From Opitutus sp. GAS368 (GTDB lineage Bacteria; Verrucomicrobiota; Verrucomicrobiia; Opitutales; Opitutaceae): a DNA stretch of 64,000 bases. Of this stretch, positions 8,285 through 16,697 are shown piece after piece. Below the pieces are notes generated by a model. It was given only the letters and a program-made list of their open reading frames with translations, was not told where the DNA came from and did no database searches. The stretch covers positions 2,644-66,643 of the forward strand of contig CALRZR010000009.1 of NCBI GenBank assembly GCA_943372705.1. Reading direction: 5' to 3'. Every line of letters starts with the position of its first letter. The first letter of the stretch is position 1. A program made the position numbers and the translations under genes.

Positions 8285-8435
8285 ACGGAAGGACGGCAGG
8301 TTAAGATGCTCTTGTTACGTCCGGATAGCGAGGGTGGATGCCTTTTCGCGCGGGGCGGCTCGGAGGTGGGGAGGCGGGTGCGACGGAGGGGCGGGCGGGA
8401 GTTTGCCCGCGGGGTGGAGGTGGCGCAGCGAGCAG

Positions 8436-8458
8436 GGGCGGACTGAAGTCCGCCCTAC
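8436..8458 (-). repeat. REP-like hairpin (GTAG-head type, family gggcggac-tgaa-gtccgccc)
   Basis: 8-bp stem, loop tgaa, tail tac. Directly abuts the stop (8460) of the FAD oxidoreductase gene. Identical core at 31379. Confidence 0.7.
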
Positions 8459-8459
8459 T

Positions 8460-9746
8460 TTACGCGGTCCAGGGGTCGCGGCGGAGGAGTTGCTCGCTGA
8501 GGCGGACGGCGCTGAGGAGGCCGTCTTCGTGGAAGCCGTAGCGTTGCCACGCGCCGGCGAAATAGGTGTGCGTGGTGTCGCGGGCGGTGGCGTTGAGCGC
8601 GGGGATTTCGGTCTGCGCGCGGACGGCGCCGAGGCTGAAGAGCGGGTGTTCGTAGTCGATGCGACGGAGGACGCGGGCGGGGTCGATGGACTCGGGGCGG
8701 TTGATGGTGACGAAGTAGTTTTCGCGGTCGGAGACGCCCTGGAGTTTGTTCATCCAGTAGTGAGTGGCGGTGGAGACGGCGCCGGCGGGGTCGTGGTTGA
8801 TTTCGTAGTTCCACGCGGACCAGGCGAGCTTGGTGCGGGGCATGACGGAGGCGTCGGTGTGAAGGGTGGCGACGTTGGGCTGGTAGTGGAACTCGGAGCG
8901 GAGACGGTTTTCGTCGGGCGTGGGGTTGACGAGGAGGCGGAGGGCTTGGTCGCCGTGGCAGGCGAGGATGACGTGGTCGAAGTTTTGCGCTTCGCCGGCG
9001 GAGGTCATCACGGTGACGCCGCGGGGCGTGCGAATGACGCGCGTCGCGGCTTGGCGGAGACGGAGACGGTCGCGGAAGGGGACGGTGATTTTTTCGACGT
9101 AGGTCTTGGCGCCGCCGTCGACGGTCCACCACTGGTGCTGGGTGTTGAGGCCGAGGAAGCCGTGATTTTGGAAGAAGCGGAGGAGCGAGGTGGCGGGAAA
9201 TGCGAGCATGAGCTCGGGCGGGGTGCTCCAGACGGCGGAGCTCATGGGGACCAAGTAAAGGTTGAAAAAATCTTCGCCGTAGCCGCGGCGGCGGACGTAG
9301 TCGCCGAGGGTTTCATTTTGCGTGGCGGGGTTGTCGAGGGCGGCGACCGCCTCGGAGTTGAAGCGGTTGATCGCGGCGAGCATCCGATAAAAACGGGGAC
9401 GGAAGAGATTGCGGCGCTGGGCGAAGAGGTGGTTGAGCGAGGAGCCGGCGAATTCGAGTCCGGTGTCGGCGTGGCGCACGCTGAACGACATGTCGGTTTT
9501 CTTGATCGTGACGGAGAGCTGCGTGAAGAGGCGCGTGAGGTGCGGGTAGGTGACCTTGTTGAACACCATGAAACCAGTGTCGATCGGGACGGAGCGGCCG
9601 GTGCCGGGCTCGGGGGCGGTGACGGTGTTGGTGTGGCCGCCGGCGTAGTCAGCCTGCTCGAAGAGGGTTAGGTCGAAGTGACGGTGGAGGAAGTGGGCGC
9701 AGCCGAGGCCGGCGATGCCGGTGCCGATGATGGCGAGGGAGGACAT
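8460..9746 (-). CDS. NAD(P)/FAD-dependent oxidoreductase (amine-oxidase/phytoene-desaturase-like)
   Basis: 428-aa ORF. N-terminal dinucleotide-binding motif MSSLAIIGTGIAGLGCAH. First gene of the conserved oxidoreductase-DUF1365-CFA cassette. Confidence 0.9.
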   Translation of the reverse strand: MSSLAIIGTGIAGLGCAHFLHRHFDLTLFEQADYAGGHTNTVTAPEPGTGRSVPIDTGFMVFNKVTYPHLTRLFTQLSVTIKKTDMSFSVRHADTGLEFAGSSLNHLFAQRRNLFRPRFYRMLAAINRFNSEAVAALDNPATQNETLGDYVRRRGYGEDFFNLYLVPMSSAVWSTPPELMLAFPATSLLRFFQNHGFLGLNTQHQWWTVDGGAKTYVEKITVPFRDRLRLRQAATRVIRTPRGVTVMTSAGEAQNFDHVILACHGDQALRLLVNPTPDENRLRSEFHYQPNVATLHTDASVMPRTKLAWSAWNYEINHDPAGAVSTATHYWMNKLQGVSDRENYFVTINRPESIDPARVLRRIDYEHPLFSLGAVRAQTEIPALNATARDTTHTYFAGAWQRYGFHEDGLLSAVRLSEQLLRRDPWTA

Positions 9747-9891
9747 GGCGGAAGAAATGACCGAAGGACTAATGACTAATGTCTAATGTCCGAGGAAGGA
9801 GGAGGCGAGTGAAGGACCAAGGCTCAAGGTCCAAGGACCAAGGACGGAGGAGCGTGTTACGGGTGTGGTGGGTGGGTGGACGCGTGGTGGG

Positions 9892-9922
9892 AAATAAAAA
9901 GGGCCGGTCGTTTGACCGGCCC
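9892..9922 (-). terminator. intrinsic terminator downstream of the desaturase gene
   Basis: On the - strand: GGGCCGGTC-AAAC-GACCGGCCC followed by TTTTTATTT, about 28 nt after the stop at 9950. Confidence 0.75.
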
Positions 9923-9949
9923 GGGTGAGGGAGGGGAGCGGGGGGCCGG

Positions 9950-11161
9950 TTAGGCGGTGGGTTTGGACGGGGGCGGAGTTTTCTTCGCCATGTTGTGCGT
10001 CTCCTCGGTCATGTCGCGGTGGATGGCGGGGTCTTCGGCTTTTTTCGGGAGAGTGGTCTGCGCGGCGGCGGCGGTCGCAACGGCGATGGCGGCGGCGGCG
10101 GGGACGACTTTCTTGAGCGAGGAAACTTCGGGGTGGACGAGCGCGGCGCGTTGGGCGGCGGCGATCGAGGCGAGGTGTTCGGCGCGGGTGCCTTCGTCGA
10201 GGATGGATTGGGGCACGGGTTTGAGGCCCCAGATGAAGCCGGTGTAGGAGAGGAGCTTCAGGCCGTAGTAGGTGGGATCGACTTCCCACCAGTAGAAGCC
10301 GTTGCGCGTGGAGGATTGGTAGCGGTGGTGGTTGTTGTGCCAGCCTTCGCCGAGGCAAATGATGGCGAGGATGAAACTGTTGCGGGAATCGTCGGTAGTG
10401 TTGAACCGGCGTTTGCCCATGAGGTGGGCCATGGAATTGATGCAGCCGGTGCCGTGGAAGAGGAACGTGGTGCTGATGAAGAATGCCCAGACGAGCATCT
10501 GCCAACCGTTGGTGCCGAGGGAAGGGGCGAAGCGCTCAAGGAGCCAGCCGGCGCCGAAGGTGGAGAGGGCGAAGAGAATCGGGACAACGAGGTCGAAGCG
10601 GTTGAGCCAGACGAGCTCGGGGAATTTCGCGAGGTCCTTGATCTTGGTGTAGTCGGTGGGGAAATTGCGGCGGCTGGTGATCCAACCGATGTGCGACCAC
10701 CAGAAACCGTGGACGTGGGGGGAGTGGGCGTCCTCGGGTTCGTCGGAGTGGAGGTGGTGGTGGCGGTGATGGTAGGCCCACCAGAGGGAGCCGCGTTGGA
10801 CGGTGGTGCCGGCGCAGAGGGCGAGGACGAATTGGCCGAAGCGGGACGTGGTGTAGGTCTTGTGCGAGAAGTAGCGGTGGTGAATGCCGGTGACGAAAAA
10901 CATGCGCACGAAGTAGAGCGCGACGGCGGTCCAGACGGCGACGGGGCTGACGCCGACCCAAAAGGCGGCGAGACAGCCGGCGTGGAGGAAGACGAAGGGC
11001 ATGACGCGCACCCAATCCACCTTGTCAGGCTCGGCACGCATCTTGTCGGCCCCTTCGGGGCAATAGTCTGAATCGATCCACTGGGTCAGGGCCGTGAGGG
11101 CGCGACGAGAAAACGGGACGGGTGGTTTTTGGGCAGTTTCGGACATGCGTTGAAGGGGCAT
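9950..11161 (-). CDS. acyl-CoA (delta-9-type) fatty acid desaturase
   Basis: 403-aa ORF. Three His boxes: HHRYFSH, HHRHHHLHSD, HNNHHRYQSS. Membrane-spanning N-terminal half, plus an Ala-rich C-terminal extension. Start could be the ATG 15 nt downstream. Confidence 0.9.
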   Translation of the reverse strand: MPLQRMSETAQKPPVPFSRRALTALTQWIDSDYCPEGADKMRAEPDKVDWVRVMPFVFLHAGCLAAFWVGVSPVAVWTAVALYFVRMFFVTGIHHRYFSHKTYTTSRFGQFVLALCAGTTVQRGSLWWAYHHRHHHLHSDEPEDAHSPHVHGFWWSHIGWITSRRNFPTDYTKIKDLAKFPELVWLNRFDLVVPILFALSTFGAGWLLERFAPSLGTNGWQMLVWAFFISTTFLFHGTGCINSMAHLMGKRRFNTTDDSRNSFILAIICLGEGWHNNHHRYQSSTRNGFYWWEVDPTYYGLKLLSYTGFIWGLKPVPQSILDEGTRAEHLASIAAAQRAALVHPEVSSLKKVVPAAAAIAVATAAAAQTTLPKKAEDPAIHRDMTEETHNMAKKTPPPSKPTA

Positions 11162-11578
11162 ACGGGACAGGAAGGCATCGGTGCGCGCAAGCCGGGTTTG
11201 AGGAAAATCCTGCGCAGAATTTGGCCGGAGGTTACGTGTCGGTGACGGGGGCGGATGGCCGTTGACCGCGTGGCACAGGCCCTGCTCTCTGCGCCTGCTT
11301 TCTTAGAACCTCAGACGTTCTTTGAATTTCGTCCGACCCGCCGAGTTTGCGGGCGGATGCTGTCCCTTGCGGTGCCGGGTGCGGGCGAGTTGCACACGGG
11401 TCGCGGTTTTCAGGTTCCCCAAGACCAACTGTTTGGCCGGGCGGTGCGCAAGCGCCGGTCGGTCGAAACCGCCCGAGCGTCCCTTCGTGCCTCACGGTGC
11501 GGTGGGCGCGGAGGCGTTCCCAAACGACAGTGAATAGAGAAAACCAAACTCTCCGTCTTATCCACGGAGTTTAATACC

Positions 11579-11962
11579 ATGAAAGCAGTCAATAAACTCG
11601 CCGTCCTGTTCAGTCTGGTCGCGCTCGGCTCTGTCTCCGCTTCGGCGAAGACGGAAGAGCAGGCCTACCTTGAATCGTGCCGCAAAGATCCGGGAGTGCC
11701 GGTGCCGGTCGCTGTGGTCAAACCCAGCGTCGGTTCCGAATACGCCGGGATGACGGTGCAAATCGAGTTCCTCGTGGACGCGACGGGCAAGCCCGCCGAT
11801 CTCAAGCTGAAGTCCGAAACGGACTACGCATTGTCGGCGGCCGTCACCGACGCGGTGCGGCAGTGGCGGTTTTCCCCGGCGATCAACAACGGTGTGCCGG
11901 TGGCGACGCGAGTGTCGCTGCCGATCCGCATCGTCGATGATTCGGTGGCGGGAACCCGCTGA
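11579..11962 (+). CDS. secreted TonB C-terminal-domain-like protein
   Basis: 127-aa ORF. Signal peptide MKAVNKLAVLFSLVALGSVSASA. TonB_C-like core: PVPVAVVKPSVGSEYAGMTVQIEFLVDATGKPADLKL...DAVRQWRFSPAINNGVPV. Confidence 0.7.
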   Translation: MKAVNKLAVLFSLVALGSVSASAKTEEQAYLESCRKDPGVPVPVAVVKPSVGSEYAGMTVQIEFLVDATGKPADLKLKSETDYALSAAVTDAVRQWRFSPAINNGVPVATRVSLPIRIVDDSVAGTR

Positions 11963-12123
11963 GGCACAGGCCAGCAGGCAGGATGTCGGAAGAGAAAACG
12001 AAAACTAGAATAACCAGGAAACTACCAGGGGCGCTCTCGATCGCGGGGGCGCCCCTGCTTCGTTTTTGGACGGGGCGGGAGAGTGGCGCGGGCGCGGGAA
12101 GGGCGTTGGGGCGTTTGGAAGGA

Positions 12124-12147
12124 CGGCGGTTGAGAAACCGCCGCTCC
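12124..12147 (-). repeat. GC-rich hairpin repeat
   Basis: Stem cggcggt/accgccg, loop tgagaa, tail ctcc. Intergenic. Confidence 0.45.
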
Positions 12148-12176
12148 GTTCGGAAGGGAGCGAGGAGGGCTCGCAA

Positions 12177-12200
12177 CGCGACGGGGGCGTCGCGTCCCCA
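12177..12200 (-). repeat. GC-rich hairpin repeat (family cgcgacg-gggg-cgtcgcg)
   Basis: The 28 nt gcaacgcgacgggggcgtcgcgtcccca (12173-12200) are identical to 29335-29362. Confidence 0.7.
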
Positions 12201-12485
12201 ACCACACTGCATCGGAACAGAAAACGTGGAGAGGTGGCGGGGCGGGCTTACTTTTCGCTGTTGCCGGGCGTGGCGGAGTCGGTCGCCACGAGGGCGGTGA
12301 GGAGGAGCAGGACGATGACGGCGGGCAGCATGGCGAAGTGGTGTCTGAAACTGGGAAACGGAAGAGAGTAGATTGTTTCCGGGAAAAGGGAATACGCGGG
12401 TTTGCGTATTTTTTTGGCAGCGGTGGCGGTCGAGGTGGGCGTGTGGGTGGCGAGGGTCGCGTGGAGGGCGGTTCCGGTGGTTTGT

Positions 12486-12573
12486 GTCGCCCCTTCAGGG
12501 CTCAGATGAATACTTGAACGAGATTCCCGGGGCGTTGCCCCGGGCTTCCTTGTTTTCGCCCCTATGGGGCTCC
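12486..12573 (+). repeat. three-hairpin structured repeat, copy 1
   Basis: Three hairpins: gccc-cttca-gggc, then cccggggc-gtt-gccccggg, then gcccc-tat-ggggc. Spacing matches the copy at 18046 within 1 nt, while the linkers differ. Confidence 0.75.
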
Positions 12574-12642
12574 CGATGCTCGGGGGCGACTCCCGGAAAC
12601 AACGACGAGGCGGAAACAGCGACGTGACGGGAGCTGCGAGAA

Positions 12643-12686
12643 GCCAACAAAGGACGGCGGCCTGAGGGGCGCCGTCCTTTGTTGGC
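12643..12686 (-). terminator. long perfect hairpin, probable terminator downstream of the DUF4097 gene
   Basis: 17-bp stem gccaacaaaggacggcg / cgccgtcctttgttggc. T-rich tracts (TTTGTTGG) sit at the 3' side on both strands. Located about 25 nt beyond the stop at 12711. Confidence 0.6.
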
Positions 12687-12710
12687 GGAGAGAGGTGCGG
12701 GGGCGCGGTG

Positions 12711-13835
12711 TTATTTCCTCTCTAGCTGACGGAGGGTCACATCGCCGTTCATCGTAGCGACGGTGATTTCGGGGCCGCCGCCGTTGAGGGTGCCGGTGAC
12801 GAGTTTGCCGCCGGTGATGGTGGGGATCGAGAGGTTGGGCATGCGGATGGAGATACCGGCTTCGGCCATGCCCTCGTGGGCGGCGTGGATGGCCTCGCGG
12901 GCGATGACCATGGCTTCGCGGGCGGCTTCGGCGCCGGCGCGCACGCTCTCGCGGACGGCGACGCGGATTTCTTCTTTGTCGGATTCGTCGAGACCGGATT
13001 TGGAAGGTTTGGGGGCGGTGGCGGGTTTCGGCGCAGCCGGGGGACGCGGGGCCTCGGGTGCGACGGCGTCGGCAGACGGAGCGGCGGGAGCGGCCGGTGC
13101 GGGTTTGGACGTGCGGCTGGTGCGGCGCGTGGAGGTGCGCGGGGCGGTCTCGGTTTTGGTGACGAGGACGGTGTCGTCGAAATCAGTGAGGACGGAGCCG
13201 TTTTGCGTGCGGAGGCGGACGTTGGCTTTGGCGTCGGCGGGGAGGCGGAGGACGACTTCGCCGTTGGTGGATTGGAAGCTGAGGGGCTTGGCGTCGTGGA
13301 GTTCGCGGATGCTGGCGCTGATCTCGCCGTTCATGGTTTCGACGACCACGCCTCCGGAGACATCGTCGAGGCGGATCGAGCCGTTCATGCTGCGGACCTC
13401 GATGTCGCCGCCGAGATTGGAGCAGTGGACATCGCCGCCCCAGGCGGTGCTGACGATGACGGTGGTGTTGCGCGGAGCGGTGAGGGTGAAATCACTGCCG
13501 CCGCCCTGGTGGCTGTCGCTCGCGGCATCGAGGGTCACGATGTTGTCTTTCTCGGTGAGGGAGAAACTGGAGGCGGCGGTGAGGACGCGGAGTCCGTCTT
13601 TGCGCACGGCTTTCGAGGTGACGGGTTTGGCGTCGGACTTGACGGTGATCTCAGCGACGTCGGCGCCTTTGACGCGGAGATTGCCGCGGGCGAGCGAGAC
13701 GCGGAGGGTGCCGGGTTTGGCGGGGTCGGAGAACTTTATGGTGGTGGCGTCGTCCGCTCCGCGCGCGGCGGAGAGGAAGAGCATCGTGAGCACACAGGCC
13801 ACGAGGAAGGAGGGAAATAGACGGGCGGCTTTCAT
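12711..13835 (-). CDS. DUF4097-family beta-strand-repeat protein (putative adhesin-like), secreted
   Basis: 374-aa ORF. Signal peptide MKAARLFPSFLVACVLTMLFLSAARG. Repeated G-x-I/V-x-V/L strands (GGDIEVRSMNGSIRLDDVSGGVVVETMNGEISA...). Pro/Ala-rich linker. Lies downstream of the anti-sigma gene. Confidence 0.8.
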   Translation of the reverse strand: MKAARLFPSFLVACVLTMLFLSAARGADDATTIKFSDPAKPGTLRVSLARGNLRVKGADVAEITVKSDAKPVTSKAVRKDGLRVLTAASSFSLTEKDNIVTLDAASDSHQGGGSDFTLTAPRNTTVIVSTAWGGDVHCSNLGGDIEVRSMNGSIRLDDVSGGVVVETMNGEISASIRELHDAKPLSFQSTNGEVVLRLPADAKANVRLRTQNGSVLTDFDDTVLVTKTETAPRTSTRRTSRTSKPAPAAPAAPSADAVAPEAPRPPAAPKPATAPKPSKSGLDESDKEEIRVAVRESVRAGAEAAREAMVIAREAIHAAHEGMAEAGISIRMPNLSIPTITGGKLVTGTLNGGGPEITVATMNGDVTLRQLERK

Positions 13836-13928
13836 GGGCGATTTTTGATTTTAAGTTTTTCGGGAGGACGGTGCGGGGCGTTCGTTCGTGGCTACCGGCC
13901 GGGTTTACTGCGGTTGTGGAAAGGGAGT

Positions 13929-14756
13929 TCAGAGTTGCGCGAGGGCGCGGCGGGCGGCGTCGCGCACGCTGCGGTCAATGGCTTCGTTCTGCGCCATCTT
14001 CTCGAGGGCGGGGGCGGCGGCGCGGTCGTGGGAGGAGGCGACGAAATCGATCATCTCGATTTGCACGAGCGGGTTTTGTTCGCGCGGGAGCGTGGCGAGG
14101 ATGCCGTCGCGCACGGCCTGGTTTTCGGCGTGCGGGTAGAGGGCTTCGAGGGCGCGGAGGCGGACGTTGGCGCTGGGGTCGAAGGCGAGGGCGGCGAGGA
14201 GATCGTTGAGGATTTTTTCGGAGGCGTGTTCGGTGCGGGCGGCGACGAGGACCTCGCGGAGGCGATCGTTGGTGGGGCTGGCCTGCTGCTGCTGGATGAT
14301 CGAAATCGCCATGAGTTTCTTCATGTCGCCGAGCTGTTTTTCGAGCTGGGCGAGCTTGCGGGTGGTGGCGTCCTCGGCAGGCGCGGCGGCGGTGGGGAGC
14401 GTGCGGGCGCCGGCGAAGAAGCCGAGGGCGACGAGGGCGCAGGCGGCGACGGGCGAGAGAATCCAGGTGAGCAGCGAAAAGCGGCGGGTGCGCTGCGAGC
14501 GGGAGGCGGCGGTGTGCACGCTGGCGGCGGAGTTTTTTTCCTCCTCCAGCATCGCGTAGAAATTCTGGCGGAGACGCGGCGAGGGAGCGGGAGTCGGCAT
14601 GGCGTCGAGGGCGGCGAGGGTTTGGCTGAGGGCGGCGAACTCGCGCTGGCAATCGGGACAGCCGGCGAGGTGGGCGCGGGCTTCGGTGTGCGCGGTGGCG
14701 GCGGTGCGACGGTCGAGGAGGGCGGGGAAGGTGTCGCGGGCGGAGGTGCAGTTCAT
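13929..14756 (-). CDS. zinc-finger (HC2/ZAS-type) anti-sigma factor with C-terminal HEAT-like repeats
   Basis: 275-aa ORF. H-x3-C-x2-C motif HLAGCPDCQ. One TM (LLTWILSPVAACALVALGFFAGA). C-terminal helical repeats (NVRLRALEALYPHAENQAVRDGILATL...). Confidence 0.8.
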   Translation of the reverse strand: MNCTSARDTFPALLDRRTAATAHTEARAHLAGCPDCQREFAALSQTLAALDAMPTPAPSPRLRQNFYAMLEEEKNSAASVHTAASRSQRTRRFSLLTWILSPVAACALVALGFFAGARTLPTAAAPAEDATTRKLAQLEKQLGDMKKLMAISIIQQQQASPTNDRLREVLVAARTEHASEKILNDLLAALAFDPSANVRLRALEALYPHAENQAVRDGILATLPREQNPLVQIEMIDFVASSHDRAAAPALEKMAQNEAIDRSVRDAARRALAQL

Positions 14757-14825
14757 GGCGGCGGAGACGAAGAGTAGAGAGTGGAGCGCTGAGAGCGGGG
14801 CGACTCGATCAGCGAGAGGGTGGGG

Positions 14826-15482
14826 TTAGTTCGAGCGCTGTTGTTGGAGGCGGACATAGACGTTGCGCAGTTCGTGGAGGGCGCGGTGGGCGCGGACTTT
14901 GGCGGCGCCGACGGAGCATTCGAGAATGCCGGAGATTTCCGCAAAGGAGAGTTCCTGGAAACGGGAGAGGAGGAGGACTTCGCGGTCGTCGCGGTGGAGG
15001 CGGGCGAGGGCGGTGTGGAGGAGCGCGTGATCGTCGCGCAGGGCGGCGTGGTCGCCGGCGTGGGGAGCGTCGTCGGCGTGGTCCTGGAGATCGGCGGGAT
15101 CAGTGGCGTGCGGGGCGGAGTGGGCTTTGCGGAAGTGGTCGGCGGCGCAGCGACGGGCGAGATGATACATCCAGGCGGAGAAGCTGCCGTCGTCGCGGTA
15201 GGTGTGGCGGTATTTGAGCATCCGCTGAAAAACGGTCTGGGCGATGTCTTCGGCGGCGGCGTGTTGGCCGGTGAGTTTGACCAGAAAACCGAAGAGCGGG
15301 CCGTGGTGGCGCTCGAAGAGTTCGCCGAGCGCGTCGAGTTCGCCGTCGCGGACGGCGAGCATGAGGGCGTGGTCGGAGCGTGGGGCGGTGGCGGTATCCA
15401 CAGGAGAAGCGGCGCGGGCGGGGCGTTCTTCAACCACGGAAGGGCGCGGATGAACACGGATTTCTGGATAGACGGCGATCAC
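14826..15482 (-). CDS. ECF-subfamily RNA polymerase sigma-70 factor
   Basis: 218-aa ORF. Region 2 (LFERHHGPLFGFLVKLTGQHAAAEDIAQTVFQRMLKYRHTY...FSAWMYHLARRCAADHFRK). Region 4 HTH (EVLLLSRFQELSFAEISGILECSVGAAKVRAHRALHELR). The true start may be internal. Confidence 0.85.
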   Translation of the reverse strand: MIAVYPEIRVHPRPSVVEERPARAASPVDTATAPRSDHALMLAVRDGELDALGELFERHHGPLFGFLVKLTGQHAAAEDIAQTVFQRMLKYRHTYRDDGSFSAWMYHLARRCAADHFRKAHSAPHATDPADLQDHADDAPHAGDHAALRDDHALLHTALARLHRDDREVLLLSRFQELSFAEISGILECSVGAAKVRAHRALHELRNVYVRLQQQRSN

Positions 15483-15592
15483 GGTGACGGCGGGACATGG
15501 AGGTGTGTTGCCGAGGAGAACCGGCGGGGGCGGGAATAGTTACAGGAAAATTTGCGTGTGTTCGCGGGTGGGGGAGCCGTAGCTTGGAAAAT

Positions 15593-16552
15593 ATGAAACG
15601 CCGCGATTTTCTCGTCCGCTCTTCTCTGTTGGCGTCCGCCGGTCTGATGACGCGGGTGTCGCTCTCCGCCCAAGCGGCGGCGAAATCGGCGGCGCCGGCC
15701 GCGGAGCGCGCGCCGCTGCCGGGAGCGCCGACGGTGACGCAGTTCAAGGCGCTGCGGCGCGACGTGGGGATCTTCACGGGCCGCGGCGGCAGCATCGGGT
15801 GGCTGGCGAGCAAGGATGCGCTGGTGGCGGTGGACACCCAGTTTCCGGATACAGCGGCGACGTTTGCGACGGGCGTGCCCGGGCGCGGCGCGCGGAAATT
15901 CGACGTGGTGATCAACACGCACCACCATGGCGACCACACCGGCGGTAATCCCGTGCTCAAGCCGATCGCGAAGACGATCGTGGCGCACACGAATGTGCCG
16001 AAGCTGCAATTCGCCGCGGCCGAAAAAGCCAACACGCTCGACAAGCAGGTCTATGCAGACGCGACGTTTCCCGAGGTATGGCGGCGCGAGATCGGCGGCG
16101 AAGTGGTGCTCGCGCAATACCACGGCACCGCGCACACGACGGGCGATGTGATCGTGCTCTTTGAGAAGGCGAACGTCGTGCACATGGGCGACCTGATGTT
16201 CAACCGCATCTACCCGGTGATCGACCGCATCTCGGGCGGGCGCATCAAGGGTTGGATCGCGGTGCTCGAAGAAGCGGCGAAGACCTATCCGGCCGACGCG
16301 ATCTACATCTTTGGCCACGGCAGCGCGAAATTCGGGCCGACGGGCACGCGCGGGGATTTGCTGGTGTTTCGCGACTATTTGAGCGGCTTGCTCGACTACA
16401 CGCAGAAGAAAATCGCGGCAGGCGATACGAAGGAAAAAATCATGGCGTTGGAAAACTTGCCGGGCTTCGCAGATTTCCACTCGCCGCTGCCCAACCGCCT
16501 AAGTGCGAACCTCGCGGTGGCGTTCGATGAGTTGACGGATAAGAAGAGCTGA
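15593..16552 (+). CDS. MBL-fold metallo-hydrolase with Tat signal
   Basis: ATG at residue 33 of ORF 15497..16552. Twin-arginine leader MKRRDFLVRSSLLASAGL. Metal motif NTHHHGDHTGG. Confidence 0.85.
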   Translation: MKRRDFLVRSSLLASAGLMTRVSLSAQAAAKSAAPAAERAPLPGAPTVTQFKALRRDVGIFTGRGGSIGWLASKDALVAVDTQFPDTAATFATGVPGRGARKFDVVINTHHHGDHTGGNPVLKPIAKTIVAHTNVPKLQFAAAEKANTLDKQVYADATFPEVWRREIGGEVVLAQYHGTAHTTGDVIVLFEKANVVHMGDLMFNRIYPVIDRISGGRIKGWIAVLEEAAKTYPADAIYIFGHGSAKFGPTGTRGDLLVFRDYLSGLLDYTQKKIAAGDTKEKIMALENLPGFADFHSPLPNRLSANLAVAFDELTDKKS

Positions 16553-16697
16553 GGGCGAGGGCGGGCGGGGGCGGTGAGAGCGCGCGGGGTCGGCGGTGGG
16601 GGCGTGCGGATCCGAGAACTCCTTCGACATGGGGCGGCGGCGTGGGTTGAATCTGCGGCGTTTTCGGTAGCGGTCAGTTTCACCACGGAGGTTTTTT

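Noticed and set aside
11162-11578. 417-nt divergent intergenic region, inspected for tRNA, riboswitch or sRNA
   Set aside because: I found only weak hairpins (for example ctccgt-cttatcc-acggag just before the start at 11579) and no motif that I can match to a known RNA family. The several 60-90-aa ORFs listed there are Arg/Ala-rich. Left unannotated.
15483-15592. Divergent region between the ECF sigma and MBL hydrolase genes, searched for an autoregulated ECF promoter (GGAAC-N16/17-CGT type)
   Set aside because: The only match is a poor one (GCGAAC ... GTAAC), and the true sigma start codon is uncertain. Not enough to annotate a promoter.
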